Program-made: the position numbers and the translations under genes
The notes under the pieces: generated by a model
Told to the model about the DNA's origin: nothing
Database searches by the model: none
The model's input: the letters and a program-made list of their open reading frames with translations, nothing else
From: Octopus vulgaris
Taxonomy: Eukaryota
NCBI GenBank assembly: GCA_951406725.2
Contig: OX597823.1
Coordinates: forward strand, 41,230,001 to 41,294,000
Length of the DNA stretch: 64,000 nucleotides
Direction of reading: 5' to 3'
Shown: one piece after another, positions 1-12,970 of the stretch
Numbering within the stretch: position 1 is the stretch's first letter
How the letters are laid out: the number at the start of each line of letters is the position of its first letter

Positions 1-938
1 GGAAGGTAGGAAAAACGAAAAGTATATATATGTGTTATTTATTTCACATCCATTTCTCCAATGCTAGCATTCATTAGATGAATTCATATTATTGAAGCAT
101 AATTTTTACAGCAACATGCTCTTTCTATCATCAACACTTGTTTCTCAATTGAGAGATTTGTTTTTATCCCACGTATCTTTGAAAGCATAGCAGTAACAGA
201 TGATTTATTGGCAGGGAATGACAATGACCTTCAACGTTTGTAGCTCAAAAGATTTTTATGCAAATACAGAACATTAACATTTCAGCAAGCACACACACAC
301 ACACACACACCATCATCATTTAACGCCCACTTTTCCATGTTTGCATGGGTCAAATAGAATTTGTTGATACAGATTTTGTTGTGTATTAGTGCATATGATG
401 GGCTTCTCTCATTTCTGTTTACCAAATTCACTCACAAAGCCTGGGGCTATAGTAGAAGACACTTCACAAAAGTTATCACATGGTTCAGAAGCAACCTTCT
501 TTCACAATGGACTCTATACATTTTTCCTGTCTCTCTTCCATTTTATTTCCAACTCCATCCTTAATAAACATAGACTTAATGCTCAACAAACTCCACCTTA
601 TAGACTTAATACCTTTCTCATTGAGTCCTGGAGTCAACCTTAGACTCCCATTGCTAGTTCTCTCCACATTTACAAATAATTTTAGAATCAACATAGTTTT
701 GGGAAACATTTAGCTTCTCTTCTCATCTTGCTTTCAATGTTGTCCCACAAGTCAGTTTTGTTTGGTTTTCCTGCTAACAGAAAACAAGTGAAAGACTACT
801 GATGCAATGAATTTAAATGAAGACAAATATTTTATTACAGGAGATGTGAGATTACAGGATATTACATCAGCTTCAGCTAAATATAGAATACCAGACAACA
901 CAACATCACTGCTATGCATCTGTCCATCTGGTAGTTAA

Positions 939-1144
939 ACCTTTAGCTTTTCAACCGATCATGTCCAGCCAAGATGTTCTACACGTTTTATGTTCATTTT
1001 GGTCAGATCTGCCCTCTTATATCTACCCTACAATGTTAGTTTAAAACTAAACAATCATATTAATGAAATCTTAAAGCTATGAAATAATGCATAATTAATT
1101 CAAAACAATGTGAATAAACAAGCAGTAATCTGAAGGCTAAAGAG
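939..1144. mobile_element. piggyBac-like MITE (about 210 bp), degenerate copy
   Basis: TTAA at 935-938 followed by a degenerate CCTTTAGC terminus, with GCTAAAGAG at the other end. The interior is the reverse complement of the copies at 53796-54015 and 59256-59476. Confidence 0.65.
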
Positions 1145-1944
1145 TTCAGCCCTCTACACTGCTACAACAATGTAACATATGACTTGACTTGTCCTTGAGC
1201 CACATGGCAGGTTCACCCTCTTAGAGAGCAATAATTTTTAGTAAGAATTAGTACAGGTTAGAACTAACAATTTTGCTCTCTTTGTATAAGACAGTCACTT
1301 TGGTACTAATGATAAAATGGACCTAGTATATTCTGTAAATTGGTTGATGGTAAGAAAACCTGCTAAAATTGGACTGTTTGAATGAGATGTGAACTTCAGA
1401 AGCTGCATCATTGGTTACCTTTCTGGGAAGGTAGTAACTCTGCACAAGAGTTGCTAGGAAGCTGAGGGGACTCTTTCAGTCTTCTGCATGTGAGACAACC
1501 CTTCTGACATCAGTGAAAGGATAAAATATACCTCGTCTATACTGTGAAATATATGCAACACCAAAGTTTATTGATTTTCTCTCATCAACTGCTTGGAAGA
1601 CGGCATGTTCTGTTGTGAAGAAAATGTCCAATGTATGCCAGCATGGAAAATAAGCATAAAATGATGTTGTTGATGATAATGATGATAGCGACAACAATGA
1701 TAAAGATAATAACAATGATGATAAAAATGACACCAATAAAATGTTAATTACTTGTAGGGACACGGTATTTCGTTATGCAACCATAGTATACTGCAAAGTA
1801 TATTAAACGTTTTACAAGTCAATACTGTGTCTTACTGCATTAGCAGTGCTATTAAATTGCATTTTAAGGTTATATCACAATACAGTATACCAAATGCTTT
1901 ATAAGTCATTACTGTGTCCTACAGTTACTACAAATAAAATGATC

Positions 1945-2118
1945 CAGTTCTATATTTAAGAGATGAGGAATTATGTACATTATTTACATTCGACGAATAT
2001 TTGTCCTCATCCTGTTTGTTGTTAACACAATGTTTCAGCTGATATACCTTCTAGCCTTCTTCAGGTTTCTTGGGGGAATTTCGAACCTGGGTTCTCATTC
2101 CTAAGGTATTCTTCGATG

Positions 2119-2159
<41 letters not shown>

Positions 2160-2236
2160 GTTCTGGTCACTGCTTGGAATCGAACTCGGAATCTTGGGGT
2201 TAGTAGCCTGCACTCTTAACCGCTACGCCATATGCC
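1945..2236 (-). mobile_element. tRNA-derived SINE-like element with internal (AAT)n and a Penelope-like 3' part carrying a hammerhead-like motif
   Basis: The minus-strand head GGCATATGGCGTAGCGGTTAAGAGTGCAGGCTACTAACCCCAAGATTCCGAGTTCGATTCC contains A-box and B-box. It is followed by (AAT)n at about 2123-2160, then CTGAAGA-stem-GAAAC at 2064-2032. Confidence 0.7.
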
Positions 2237-2237
2237 A

Positions 2238-2324
2238 TGACAATGATAACAGTGATGATGATGATGCAATGATGATACAGTGATGAGGAACAATAACAAT
2301 GATGATGATAATGATGATGATGAC

Positions 2325-2360
<36 letters not shown>

Positions 2361-2436
2361 ATCAATGACAACGATGATGATTATAATGCAATGTAAATGA
2401 TAAAATGATGATAACAATGACAAGAACAATGACAAT
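2238..2436. repeat. degenerate (GAT)n/(AAT)n trinucleotide tract
   Basis: Directly visible; it explains the poly-Ile ORF 2223..2435. Confidence 0.9.
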
Positions 2437-3062
2437 GGCTACCATCTTGAACAGATTTCTATATTCATTAATCATTGAAATTAGACATATCGAACTTATA
2501 TACCTAATTGATCCTTTTTTTCTTCATCATTCAGCACTTCACCACCATCACCACCACTACTCCTTGCCACCATCCCCCACCCATATTCCCCAAATGCTGC
2601 TGCTCATTGCTTGTTTCATTGCTTTCTAAACAGTTCTTCATTGTCCAGATTCAGGAAACCTTTCAGTTTTTCTCTCTTTTAATCATGGGTTTTGGTGTCA
2701 TCAACAGATTTTTCATGGTTGGTCTATCAATTAATTGATTTCATGCACCATCTCCCAAGTATCCTGTTGCATTAATTTCTCATTTCCTTCTTTTACAATC
2801 ATTTGTTTTCTCATCTTCCATTCCTCTATTGTTAGAATGAGAATACAATGTAAATAGAAAATATTTATTTACATTTTTTTTTTCCATAATTTTTACATCA
2901 TAAGTATTGATTAAGTAATATTTCTGGTTCGTTTTTGTAATTTTTAAATTTTTTTTGTTTTATTGTAAAAATGTTTTTGTAAGAGCTGACTGTGGAGATT
3001 TTAATAATTTTCTTACTTTGATAATAATTTTATAATTTTCTTCCTCCTTCTCGTCTTTACTT

Positions 3063-3080
3063 TATATATATATATATTAT

Positions 3081-3126
<46 letters not shown>

Positions 3127-3270
3127 TGTATATATATATACACACATACTCACACATACACAATTAGGTATATACATATATATAAGCATACAGGCACACA
3201 TGCATATATATATACACACATACATAAATACGCACACATGCACACGCACACACACATACATACACACACA
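3063..3270. repeat. compound (TA)n/(CA)n microsatellite
   Basis: Directly visible; source of ORFs 3013..3297, 3115..3300 and 3119..3310. Confidence 0.9.
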
Positions 3271-3825
3271 GCGTCTGGCACAGTCAGAGATTTTCAATAA
3301 TAAATTCTAAATTCTACCATTAATTTTTTTTGTCTATTTTTTTTATAGTCTTGTTAATTCACTTATCTTTGTCAAACTATCTTATTATTGGCATAGCAAT
3401 ATATTAATGCACTTTGTTTTGTTTGTTTGTTTGTTTGTTTGTTTGGTTTTATAGATTATTAATTATGTTTTGAGTACTAATATAATTTCTATGTTTTTCA
3501 CTTTTCATCTTTATTGCAAATATGTGACTGATATATATATATATATGTGTGTGAGTGTGTGTGTGTGTGTGTATGTGTGTTTATGCTTTCTTTTTCTCTA
3601 AATCTTGAAGTTCCTTTTTCACAATCCAACTACATAAGAATGTTTTTGTAATTAGTCATCTTTATGGCTGTGTAGTTAAGATGCTTGCTTTGCATCCATA
3701 TGGTTTCAGGTTCACTCCCATAGTGTGACACTGGGCAAGTGTTTTCTGCATTAGTCCAAGACTGACCAATGCCCTGTAAGGAAATGTGGTAGATGGAAAC
3801 TATTTGGAAGTCCATTGTGTATACA

Positions 3826-4105
3826 TCATATCATCAACATTATTTAATGTCCATTTTTCATGCTGGCAAGGGCTGGACGGTCTGACAGGAGCTGGCATGG
3901 CCAGGATTCAAACCAGACTCCATTGTCAATTCTGACATGGTTTCTATGGATGAATGCCCTTCCCAAATGTCAACCACTTTACAGAGTGTACTGAGTGCTT
4001 TTTTCTGTGGCACCAGCACTAGTATCAATTCTGCTGTGGTGGGTGGGTTTTCTTGAGTTACAGCAATGTACCAGATATCTCAGTTCTCAGTCATTTCCTT
4101 CATAA
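3826..4105 (-). mobile_element. 5'-truncated RTE-type LINE 3' end/3' UTR with (GAT)n-like tail
   Basis: 4030-4105 resembles 13655-13725, which is the end of the RTE ORF and start of its UTR. The rest matches the recurrent 'ttttccatgctggcatggg' tail motif. Confidence 0.55.
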
Positions 4106-4142
4106 GGCATATATATATATATATATATATATGCAAACACAC

Positions 4143-4495
4143 ATCATCATCATCATCATCATCATCGTTGTCTGTTTTCCATGCTAGCATGGGTTGGACG
4201 GTTCGACCGAGGTCTGGGAAGCCAGGAGGCTGCACCAGGCTCCAGTCTGATCTGGCAGTGTTTCTACCACTGGATGCCCTTCCTAACACCAACCCCTCCG
4301 TGATTGTAGTGAGTGATTTTTATGTGCCACCGGCACAGGTGCCAGGGGAGGCTGGCAACGGATATGATCGGGTGGTGCTTTTTACGTACCACCGGCACGG
4401 AAGCCAGTCAAGGTGGCGCTGGCATCGACCATGTTTGGATGGTGCTTTTTATGTGCCACTGGCACGGGTATCACAACTACAATTGCCATTTGATT
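4143..4495 (-). mobile_element. GC-rich (GAT)n-tailed retroposon with internal tandem repeats of about 60 bp
   Basis: (CAT)n at 4143-4167, tail motif CCATGCTAGCATGGGTTGGACGG, and three units of GGTGCTTTTTAYGTGCCACCGGCAC. Same family as 15437-16001. Confidence 0.75.
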
Positions 4496-4963
4496 AATAT
4501 ATATATATATATATATATATCGACGGGGAGGAGGGAATGTGTGTGTGTTTGTGTTTGTTCCCACCAGTGTTTAGCAATTGGTATTGTTTTGCTTCATGCC
4601 CATAGCATAGCAGTTCAGCTGAAGGGCCTATTAGAATAAGTACCAGTCTTTTATATAAATACTGGTATCAATTTGTACAACTAAACTCTTCAAAGTGATG
4701 CCCCAGCATGGCCACAGTCCAATACTTGAAACTAGTAAAAGATAAATGACACACACATTGGTGTGTGCCTGCCTCTCTTTCATTATCCATACCACTGGGA
4801 TTGGCATGAACATTAGAACTTCTAATTTCTCACTTTCTTTAAGTTCTAATTATCCTCTATCATCTCCATACCAATAGTTGCATCATTAATTTTGCATTTG
4901 TTTTGCTTTTTAAGTTGAGACAGAGAAATTTCATAAATCTATTTATTGCACCTCATCTGCTCC

Positions 4964-4996
<33 letters not shown>

Positions 4997-6794
4997 TTCA
5001 TATGATATATAGAAATAATAAATTTACAACTAAATCAGTTAAAATATTTGATCAAACAAACTTTTCTTCTTAGCATATCTCTTCCCTTTCTATTTTCTAC
5101 TTTTTGATTACCTTACCTTATGGCACAATCAGCTAACATGACTCAAGTATCATACATCTCTTTTGCGTTGAAGACCCACCAGCAGGAAGATTCTTTTGCT
5201 GGAATAACTTTGCACCTCCTCTACTGCAAGACACCTATTCCTGTTGCTTTATAAGACTTTAGCTTCTCAATACCTGGCACAAAGACATCTCTTACAATAC
5301 TGTCTCCCCATTCTGCTGAAAAGGTCTCGTGCTGAGAAATGCAGGTAACCCCTCTTATGCTGATGCTATCAGAAAGTACACAGCACACTCTGTTAAGTGG
5401 TTGACATTAGAAAGAACATCCAGCAATAGAAACCATGCCAACACAGGTACTGTATTGGCATGGTTTCTATTGCTCCAACCCATACCAGTAAGGAATATGG
5501 ACATCAAATGAGAATGAGGATGATGATGATGATAATGACAAACACCTAGTTTATCCCATGCATTGATAATTGCTAAACATTATACATCTCTCATTCATGT
5601 TTAGTATGAAGAATCACAGGATTGAGAAACAGAAGAAGACAAATATAAAAACAGTATATTATGATTGGTATCATACTTTCTTTATAAATAGTCCTAAAAA
5701 TTTGATATGAAAGTGATGAAAATAGAAATGCATTAGTTATATACCCTCAGTCCATATCCATATATATATATGTATGCATGACCAACAGATACTTTTCAAG
5801 CAATTGCTTTCTTAACTCACTTGCGTTCACACAGTATAACTGTCAAGTTCATTTTTCACATACAGCTAATCATACTGTATTTGATACTTTCCAATTACTT
5901 AAGGTTTTCTACATTCAATGTCCATAGTTTGTTGTTCTCCAGCACCACAGTTCATATGCACAGAACATATATGCAATATTTCATATCAAGAGAGAATATA
6001 ATAGCTATTTTTATTTATTTATTTTGGTATTGTTATTTGTTTTTCTCTTTATGCTGGACTTACTCTAGGCAATTCAGAAAACTTTTGCTTGTCTTGATCT
6101 CCTTAGCTGAATGTACTTTACAATCAAATTATTTGTAATAGAAACAGCATCCAACTGTAAATAAATCTGCTCCATATATATATATACATTCATATGAATA
6201 TATAGAAATAATAAATAAAAATAACAATAATAAAATCCTACTGCAGTAGTGAAATGGATGTAAAATAGTTGTATTTTGTTTTATGATTGACAAATGTTAT
6301 GTTTTATCCTACTGAAAAATCCATATGTATTTATACAAGGAACTTTTTCATATATATGCGATATTTGGCTACAAAGCAAATGTTTAGAACAAGCTAAAAC
6401 ACAAAAAATAAAACAATCCATGAAACCAAGTGAAGCAATAAAATGTTTAAAATACACAGCAAAAAAAATAAAAAGGAAAAAATTGATAGCCCCCTTTGTC
6501 CAGAGGTTAATTTACACAAATTCCACATGTCAGGTTTGCTCCAAGAGAATATGATATTTAATCAAAACCTACAAGAACTTGTATATACTATGTTCTTCAG
6601 TTTTGCTTATTCTCCTCAATGACCTTAAAATCATTTAATACTAAACAATTGGAAAGGTGCCAAGCCGTGTTGTCTTGGTAAATAATCTCTCTTTCATGGG
6701 TGATTCGCTTAAAAATTTTTCCATTTCGTTCACTTTTGCTTATTTTCACAAAAAAATATATTTATAAATAGAGATCCTACTCTTTCTTATGAAA

Positions 6795-7230
6795 GTGTGT
6801 GGACTAAGGGTTAGGGTGTTCAACTCATGATTACAAAATGCTTGCTGCTTTGCTGGATGGGGCTGGTGTTCATCCCAGGTTAGTGGTCCCAGAGACATCA
6901 TCATGTATAGAGCCAACCAAGTCCACCTATGCTCTCCAATACTGGTATTTCCATGCCAGCCTCTCTGCATCCTCCAAGATGACATCAAGAGCATGGGTTC
7001 AATTCCTGCACCATGCAGTGCATTGTGTCCTCATGCAAAACTTTTCATTTCATGTTGCTCCATGATTACATCAACAACTGCTGATATATGGTACATTAAG
7101 CACCTGTATAGGCAATGTTGATTTGATGGAGGGAATGAGCTTAGGTGTAGTGCAAACTTCTGATCACTGTAAATGAATCATCAGTGCAGGTTGTTCAACA
7201 AATAGTTGCAGAACTCTGGTCCATTCTGCT
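6795..7230 (+). mobile_element. tRNA-derived SINE interrupted by a short antisense LINE 3' fragment (about 6838-6994)
   Basis: The head GTGTGGACTAAGGGTTAGGGTGTTCAACTCATGA is separated from its B-box GGTTCAATTCC (about 6997) by about 155 bp. That insert reads ALDVILEDAERLAWKYQYWRA on the minus strand, resembling an RTE C-terminus. Confidence 0.55.
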
Positions 7231-9248
7231 CCCCTCTTCTGTAGGTGATCATCGTCATTTAATTCCATTTTTCATGCTGGTTGTTTTAAAAGGATGTTTT
7301 AAAAGGAGCTGGCAGGCCAGAGGACTGCACCAAGTTATACTGTCAGCTTCAGTATGGTTTTAACAGCTAAATATTTTTCCTAATGCCAACCACACCACAG
7401 AATGTACTGGCAGCTTTTTTTACATGGCACCAACAACAGTGAGGTCACCACATAACTTACAAGTCATAGACTCTTCATCTGAGAAGGGGAGTGGTATTGA
7501 GGGAGGTAGCTTTGTGCCAGGTGATGAGAGGTTGAAGTATAATAACAGGATAGAACACAGGGTGTTTTACCGTAGAGGAGATACATGACTATTCCTGTCC
7601 GAGATAGAGAAGCTGGAGGTGAAGGTGTGCCAAATCTATGTGACAAATGCATAGGCTTTTAGTTTGTGTTCATAAGTTATGTTCCATAGTATTTCTATTT
7701 ATCTATGTACAGGTATGTTTGTGTGGTTAAGAAGTTTGCATCACAATCGCATGCTTTCAGGTTCAGTCCCACTGTGCAACACATTGGAGAAGTGTTGTCT
7801 TGTGTGGCTCCAGATCAACCAATGCCATGTGCAGAAATCTGATAGACAGACACTGCAAGAAGCCCAATATATGTATGTGTGTGTGTATGTGTGTGTATAT
7901 GTGCAAATCATCATCATCATCTAACATCCGTTGTTCATGCTGGCATGGGTTGATGGCAAGCTGGGGAGCTGCACCAGACTCCAGACTGATTTGGTATAGT
8001 TTGTATGACTGGATGCCCTTCCTAATACCAAATGAATGTGAATATTTATATCCTACATAGTCACTTCTTGAGAGTAGTGGTACTATTCTTGACAGGTCAC
8101 ACTGAGCTTTGAAGGACCTGCAGATTTAAGATATTCCTTACTTGAAAAAGCAAGTTAAAGTTTGGTGGTAGAAAAACCATCCGACTATATGGTCTTGCCT
8201 TAAATAGCTCTCCATCCAAACCCATGCTAATATGGAAAAATGGATGTTAAACAAACAAATACTAGCATTTGCTGTGATCACTACTGTCAAGCTGTAGTGT
8301 GTTCTTGACAATCTGATTGTGAAACCAAATTTCAATTTCTATGTGGAATTAGTACCATTCATTTTTGTCACTAATGACTCTGGGCAAAGCATATGTATTG
8401 CAATTTATCAATTTTTTTAAAGATAACTATAATGCCGAAACCATAATGATATCCATTTGGCAGCTGATGATGGGTTTATGGATGAGGTTATTGTTGTCTG
8501 TAAACCTTTTATATCTTGTGATCTCATTGTTCTAAATCATCTTTCATTGTCATAGAGTTGAACTTGTTAAAGAGTTCTTGATTTGTTGCTTTATGATGGT
8601 TTTGTTGTTTGTATTATAGCATATTTTGATATTGCATGATTGTCCTTCTTTGGGAGTCTAACCATGGCTAGATTAATAATTATTTAAAGGTTTCTAGTTT
8701 GGAGATATTCTGTGGCATATACTAGTGATATTCTACATTTGCATATACAGTGTAAATGTTGTGCATATCATAATCTTTACAGTACTTTAAACAGCATTTC
8801 AAACAAAGGGAGTGCTTGTATACATGCATATATGAATGTGTGCATAAGTGTGCATGTATGTATCTGTGTGTATATATGTATCTGGGTACGTGTGTATGAT
8901 ATAGCACAATGTTTTCTGTAAATCAAGTTTATCACTAGTCTTTTCTAGTTTAACCACTTTCTTTGTCATTGATGCCCTAAGGAGTAAGAATAAGCATTTA
9001 CAATCTTTGCTCTCACTATAGTTTTCTCTCCAAATATGAGAGGTCAGAAATAATAGTTTGTGCATATTAACAGTTACATGGAATATATGATTGTTAGTTC
9101 AGCTTTATAGATAGTAATGTAAATATGTTAGCAAAAAGAATGATGCAGATAATTATGCAAACATGTTAGCAAAGAGATATATTGCTCTTTATCTTCACAT
9201 GCAAGCAAGCAGATACATACATACACATGCACACATATGCATTTGCAC

Positions 9249-9281
<33 letters not shown>

Positions 9282-9289
9282 TTTGTTTT

Positions 9290-9590
9290 TTATATACCCA
9301 GGCCTAATCCCAATTTTTCAGGAGGGGATAGCCACCACAATGCACACACCAGGCATTCCAATCATTTCCCAGCTCAAAGAGGCAACCCCCTGTTCTATGC
9401 TCAGGTCAAGGCATAGAATGCAACCCCCAATATCTGCAGTGGTGCCCAACAGCATATGCTAGTTTGCCTCTGTCGCATCATGCTAGTTCCAGACCCCTTT
9501 GAGCAACATCAAATTCACTCATCTGTCCACAAACACTCTCCACAAACGCTTTCCTATCATTTATAAACTCTCTTGCAATAGTAGGTAAAA
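9290..9590 (-). mobile_element. possible L1/Tx1-like LINE 3' end (degenerate)
   Basis: The minus strand gives ...RVFVDR*VNL..., followed by a GC-richer UTR with a hairpin (TTCTATGC...GCATAGAA). Weak resemblance only. Confidence 0.3.
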
Positions 9591-9866
9591 GCAATATAAG
9601 CTTAGGATAGATGACAAAGAATGGATGGGAACTAAAACTTATTACAGGCTTTACACTTATGACATCATGTGCACGTTAAGTATGAATGTGGTTATTGTGT
9701 AAGCTACAACTGTCTTGAAACAGCTGTTGAGATAAGATTTTACATAATTTTTCTGTTCTGTTCACTTTTCATTTTTCTTTATTCTGTAACCAGTATTTTT
9801 TTCTCCATGTAAATATATCTCAAGCCTTCCTGTGTTTTATCTTATTTTCTATATGCATACACACAT

Positions 9867-9928
<62 letters not shown>

Positions 9929-10059
9929 GTATATATGTGTATATATATACACACACACCAATATTCACACATACATACATATATACATACATAGATACAA
10001 GTGAATGGACAAAAGAAAGAAAATGGTACTCAATACTTGTAGTATGAGTTACAGGTATT

Positions 10060-10265
10060 ATTATTGAAAACAGCTTGATTCGATTCCATGTAGCTCAAGC
10101 TTTCTTACAGAAACCTGGCTAGTTGACCAATTTTCCAGTAGCCATCTTCCTATAGACTTCCTATACTTCTTCATTCGGTAATCTGAGCCGGAACAAGCTA
10201 AGCTTCTGTAAGAAGCCTATGAAACTATAATTCACATGCGACCAAATCAAACTGTTTTAAATAAC
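10060..10265. repeat. imperfect palindrome / foldback (MITE-like) element of about 205 bp
   Basis: TTATTGAAAACAGCTTGATTCG...TTCTTACAGAAAC (10061-10114) is the approximate reverse complement of GCTTCTGTAAGAAG...CAAATCAAACTGTTTTAAATAA (10202-10264). Confidence 0.7.
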
Positions 10266-10267
10266 AG

Positions 10268-10311
<44 letters not shown>

Positions 10312-10314
<3 letters not shown>

Positions 10315-10656
10315 TAAAGACCCCCATAAGTCATGAATGATCATGAGATTGCACTTAGATAGAAAGTTCCCCTCCAAGGCACAAGTCCAGGCAAGGTTGT
10401 TTATGGAAGGCAAGCAGTCGCCCATGCATACCAGCCTCCCCTCTCCACACCACTGATCGTTATCCAAGGGAAATGCAAAGGCTGATACTGCTTGGCACCA
10501 GTTACATCTCAACTCATTTCTGCAGCTGAGTGAACAGGAGCAATGTGAAATAAAGTGCCTTACTCAAGAACACAACACACAACCTGGTCTCGGAACTGAA
10601 TTTACTACCTCATCATTGTGAGCCTGATGCTTTAACCACTGAGCCATGTGCCTTCA
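10312..10656 (-). mobile_element. tRNA-derived SINE with CORE-like domain and GC-rich tail
   Basis: tRNA-like head at about 10585-10656, then TGTTCTTGAGTAAGGCACTTTATTTCACATTGCTCC, then the tail. Homologous copies lie at 20521-20935, 46675-47010 and 55008-55325. Confidence 0.8.
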
Positions 10657-11107
10657 ATGAGCTTCTTTCAGTTGCCATCTACCAAACTGATTGGCAAGGT
10701 TTTGATCAGAGTTATAGTAGAAGATACTAACTCAATGTGCCACATAGTTATGCAACAAACCCTTTAACCACACAGCCATCCTGTACCTAATAAAACAATC
10801 CACAAACATAAGATACACTCTATATAGAAAATATCCAATAAAATAAACAGCCACCAACAGGCTAATACCTAACAGAAGAACACATTTTGCATTACACACA
10901 CAACACAAAAAAAGACTGCAATCAGATCTCATAGAAACAAACTGATGCAATACAATACCAGAAAGAATTTGCACTCCCCTAATAACAAAAAAGAACACAG
11001 TGCTGTACATACCCACAACAACACAGAGGTGCAGCAGGGTGTAACAGGTACTAACAGTAGAAATTTGCCTGAAACTACCAAATGTTGAATAATAATAATA
11101 ATAATCA

Positions 11108-11320
11108 TTTCTGCTATTGGCACAAATAATGGAATTTGAGAATGGGGGGGGGTAGTCGATTACATTGACCTCAATGCTCAACTGGTACTTATTTTACTGA
11201 CCTCGAAAGGATGAAAGGCAATGTCAACCTCAGAGGAATTTGAAGTCAGAACATAAAAACGGTCGAAATACTACTAAGCAGTTTGCTCAGTGTGCTAACG
11301 ATTCTGCCAGCTCACCACCT
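11108..11320 (-). mobile_element. tRNA-derived SINE with a MetaSINE-like central domain and (TTA)n tail
   Basis: The minus strand has GAGCTGGCAGAATCGTTAGCAC...TGCCTTTCATCCTTTCGAGGTCAGTAAAATAAGTACCAG. Many copies occur in the window. Confidence 0.75.
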
Positions 11321-11845
11321 GAATGATAATAATAGTATTAATAATAATAATAATAATAATAATAAACACTTATGTTTGTGCACAATTATTCCAAGAGTAA
11401 AACTGTACATTTTCTGCAGGGTAAACCACGATACTCCCAAAAGTATCAGAGCATTACCATTCCATTCTTAAATTAAGCATACAAATTGATTTACATCATA
11501 TGACCTTCTATTCTTGCTTTATACACCAAATCAAGTTGGGATATCTTGCTAGCAAGGCATTAACAGTTATTTGCATAGCTCTCAGCTGATTCTCTATGAA
11601 TTTATGTGATATATTCGTGATAAAGTAAATGCTTTCTGTTGTCGATAGACATCTTTATATTAGATTTGGATCTGTAAAGGAGCAATAATCCTGTAATGTA
11701 ATGGGCAGCAGGCTTCACTAAACAGCAAATGACATGGCTTTGTATGTACTTTTTTTTTTTTGCTCAATCCCTTTAAGAAAATCCATTGTTATTTCTTATG
11801 TTTAAATCATTGTTTATACATACATACTGGCATGTGTGTGTATGT

Positions 11846-11898
<53 letters not shown>

Positions 11899-12047
11899 TG
11901 CAGTTATGTATGCTTGTGTGCATGCATAAATGCATGAGTATATACAGATATGTGTCTTTTGATATCTAAGTGCAAAGAAACGACACTTGTTTCTATATAT
12001 ATGATGATGTGTATCTATCTGTGTATGTGCTTATGTGTGTATGTATT

Positions 12048-12049
<2 letters not shown>

Positions 12050-12121
<72 letters not shown>

Positions 12122-12130
12122 TAGATAGAG

Positions 12131-12175
<45 letters not shown>

Positions 12176-12212
12176 TATTTGATGATCTGTAGTTGTGTGT
12201 GTGTGTGTGTGT
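12050..12212. repeat. compound (TA)n-(GATA)n-(GT)n microsatellite
   Basis: Directly visible. Confidence 0.9.
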
Positions 12213-12619
12213 TAGTGTGTGAAATGATGATGCATAGTTGTATACCTTGTGTAGCCCCAGCAAAGACAAATTGAACAACATAACTTTCCTTGTATATAAG
12301 AAGGCTGAACGGTCATGGCTGGAACGCATCTGATTATAGAGTAGATCAATGAATGTTAACCTGGGGCTAAACAAAAATAGCAGCATAATTAATCTTTAGC
12401 TGTAAATCAAAGTTACTTCTTTGCTACATCATAGAATAACTATGTTGCATGACAGACACTTGTTCAATCCTAGCCAGGCCAAACTTTACCAGTGGAAAAC
12501 TATTCTCTTGTCAAGGAACAAGATAGCAAAATGGCGGAGTTGTTAGAGTTTGGGACAAGGTACATTGTGTTATATATGTTTTTTGATTATGCCAATTGTT
12601 CTCAACAGGGCAGAAACCT

Positions 12620-12970
12620 AGATAATGTAGAGGGAAATGGAAAAGAATATAGATGCCTTTGTGACATAGGTCTTTTGTAGATTGAACAGAATAAGTTGGA
12701 TAGAAAGGTTATCAAATACTGCATTATTTGAAAAACTGGAAGTCCAAAGACACCTATTATCATAGTTTATACCAGGAGTCATTTTCCATAACCATCCTGA
12801 CAGAGAGTGTGGAGGGAAGAGAGTAAGAGGCAGTCAAAGATGTTTGCAAACTGATGACATCAAAGAATGGACTAGAAACAAAAACCTGGTTAATTGTATG
12901 GATACAGCACAAAACAAAGGTAACAGGAGTGTTTTAGCAAGCTGACCCCTGGACACAGGAAGGATACCTG
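12620..12970 (+). mobile_element. degenerate RTE-clade LINE 3' end
   Basis: Broken translation EMEKNIDAF...RLNRISWIERLSN...TILTESVEGR.RGSQRCLQTDDIKEWTR...CMDTAQNK matches the RTE ORF C-terminus (EKRIDAFE...RISW...GKVEGKRGRGRP...W.DDIKEW). Confidence 0.7.

Noticed and set aside
485-780. ORF 485..709 as a gene or TE fragment
   Set aside because: There is no recognisable motif and no supported splice sites.
2165-2236. Functional tRNA gene
   Set aside because: A and B boxes are present, but the acceptor stem pairs poorly and the sequence continues into a repeat body, so it is a SINE head.
7690-7718. Second AG|GTATGT recursive-splice-like motif
   Set aside because: It coincides with the 5' end of a SINE head and has a weak pyrimidine tract and no clear branch point.
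8290-8710. Possible Penelope or LINE coding remnant
   Set aside because: The composition is suggestive, but I could not identify any diagnostic RT or GIY-YIG motif.
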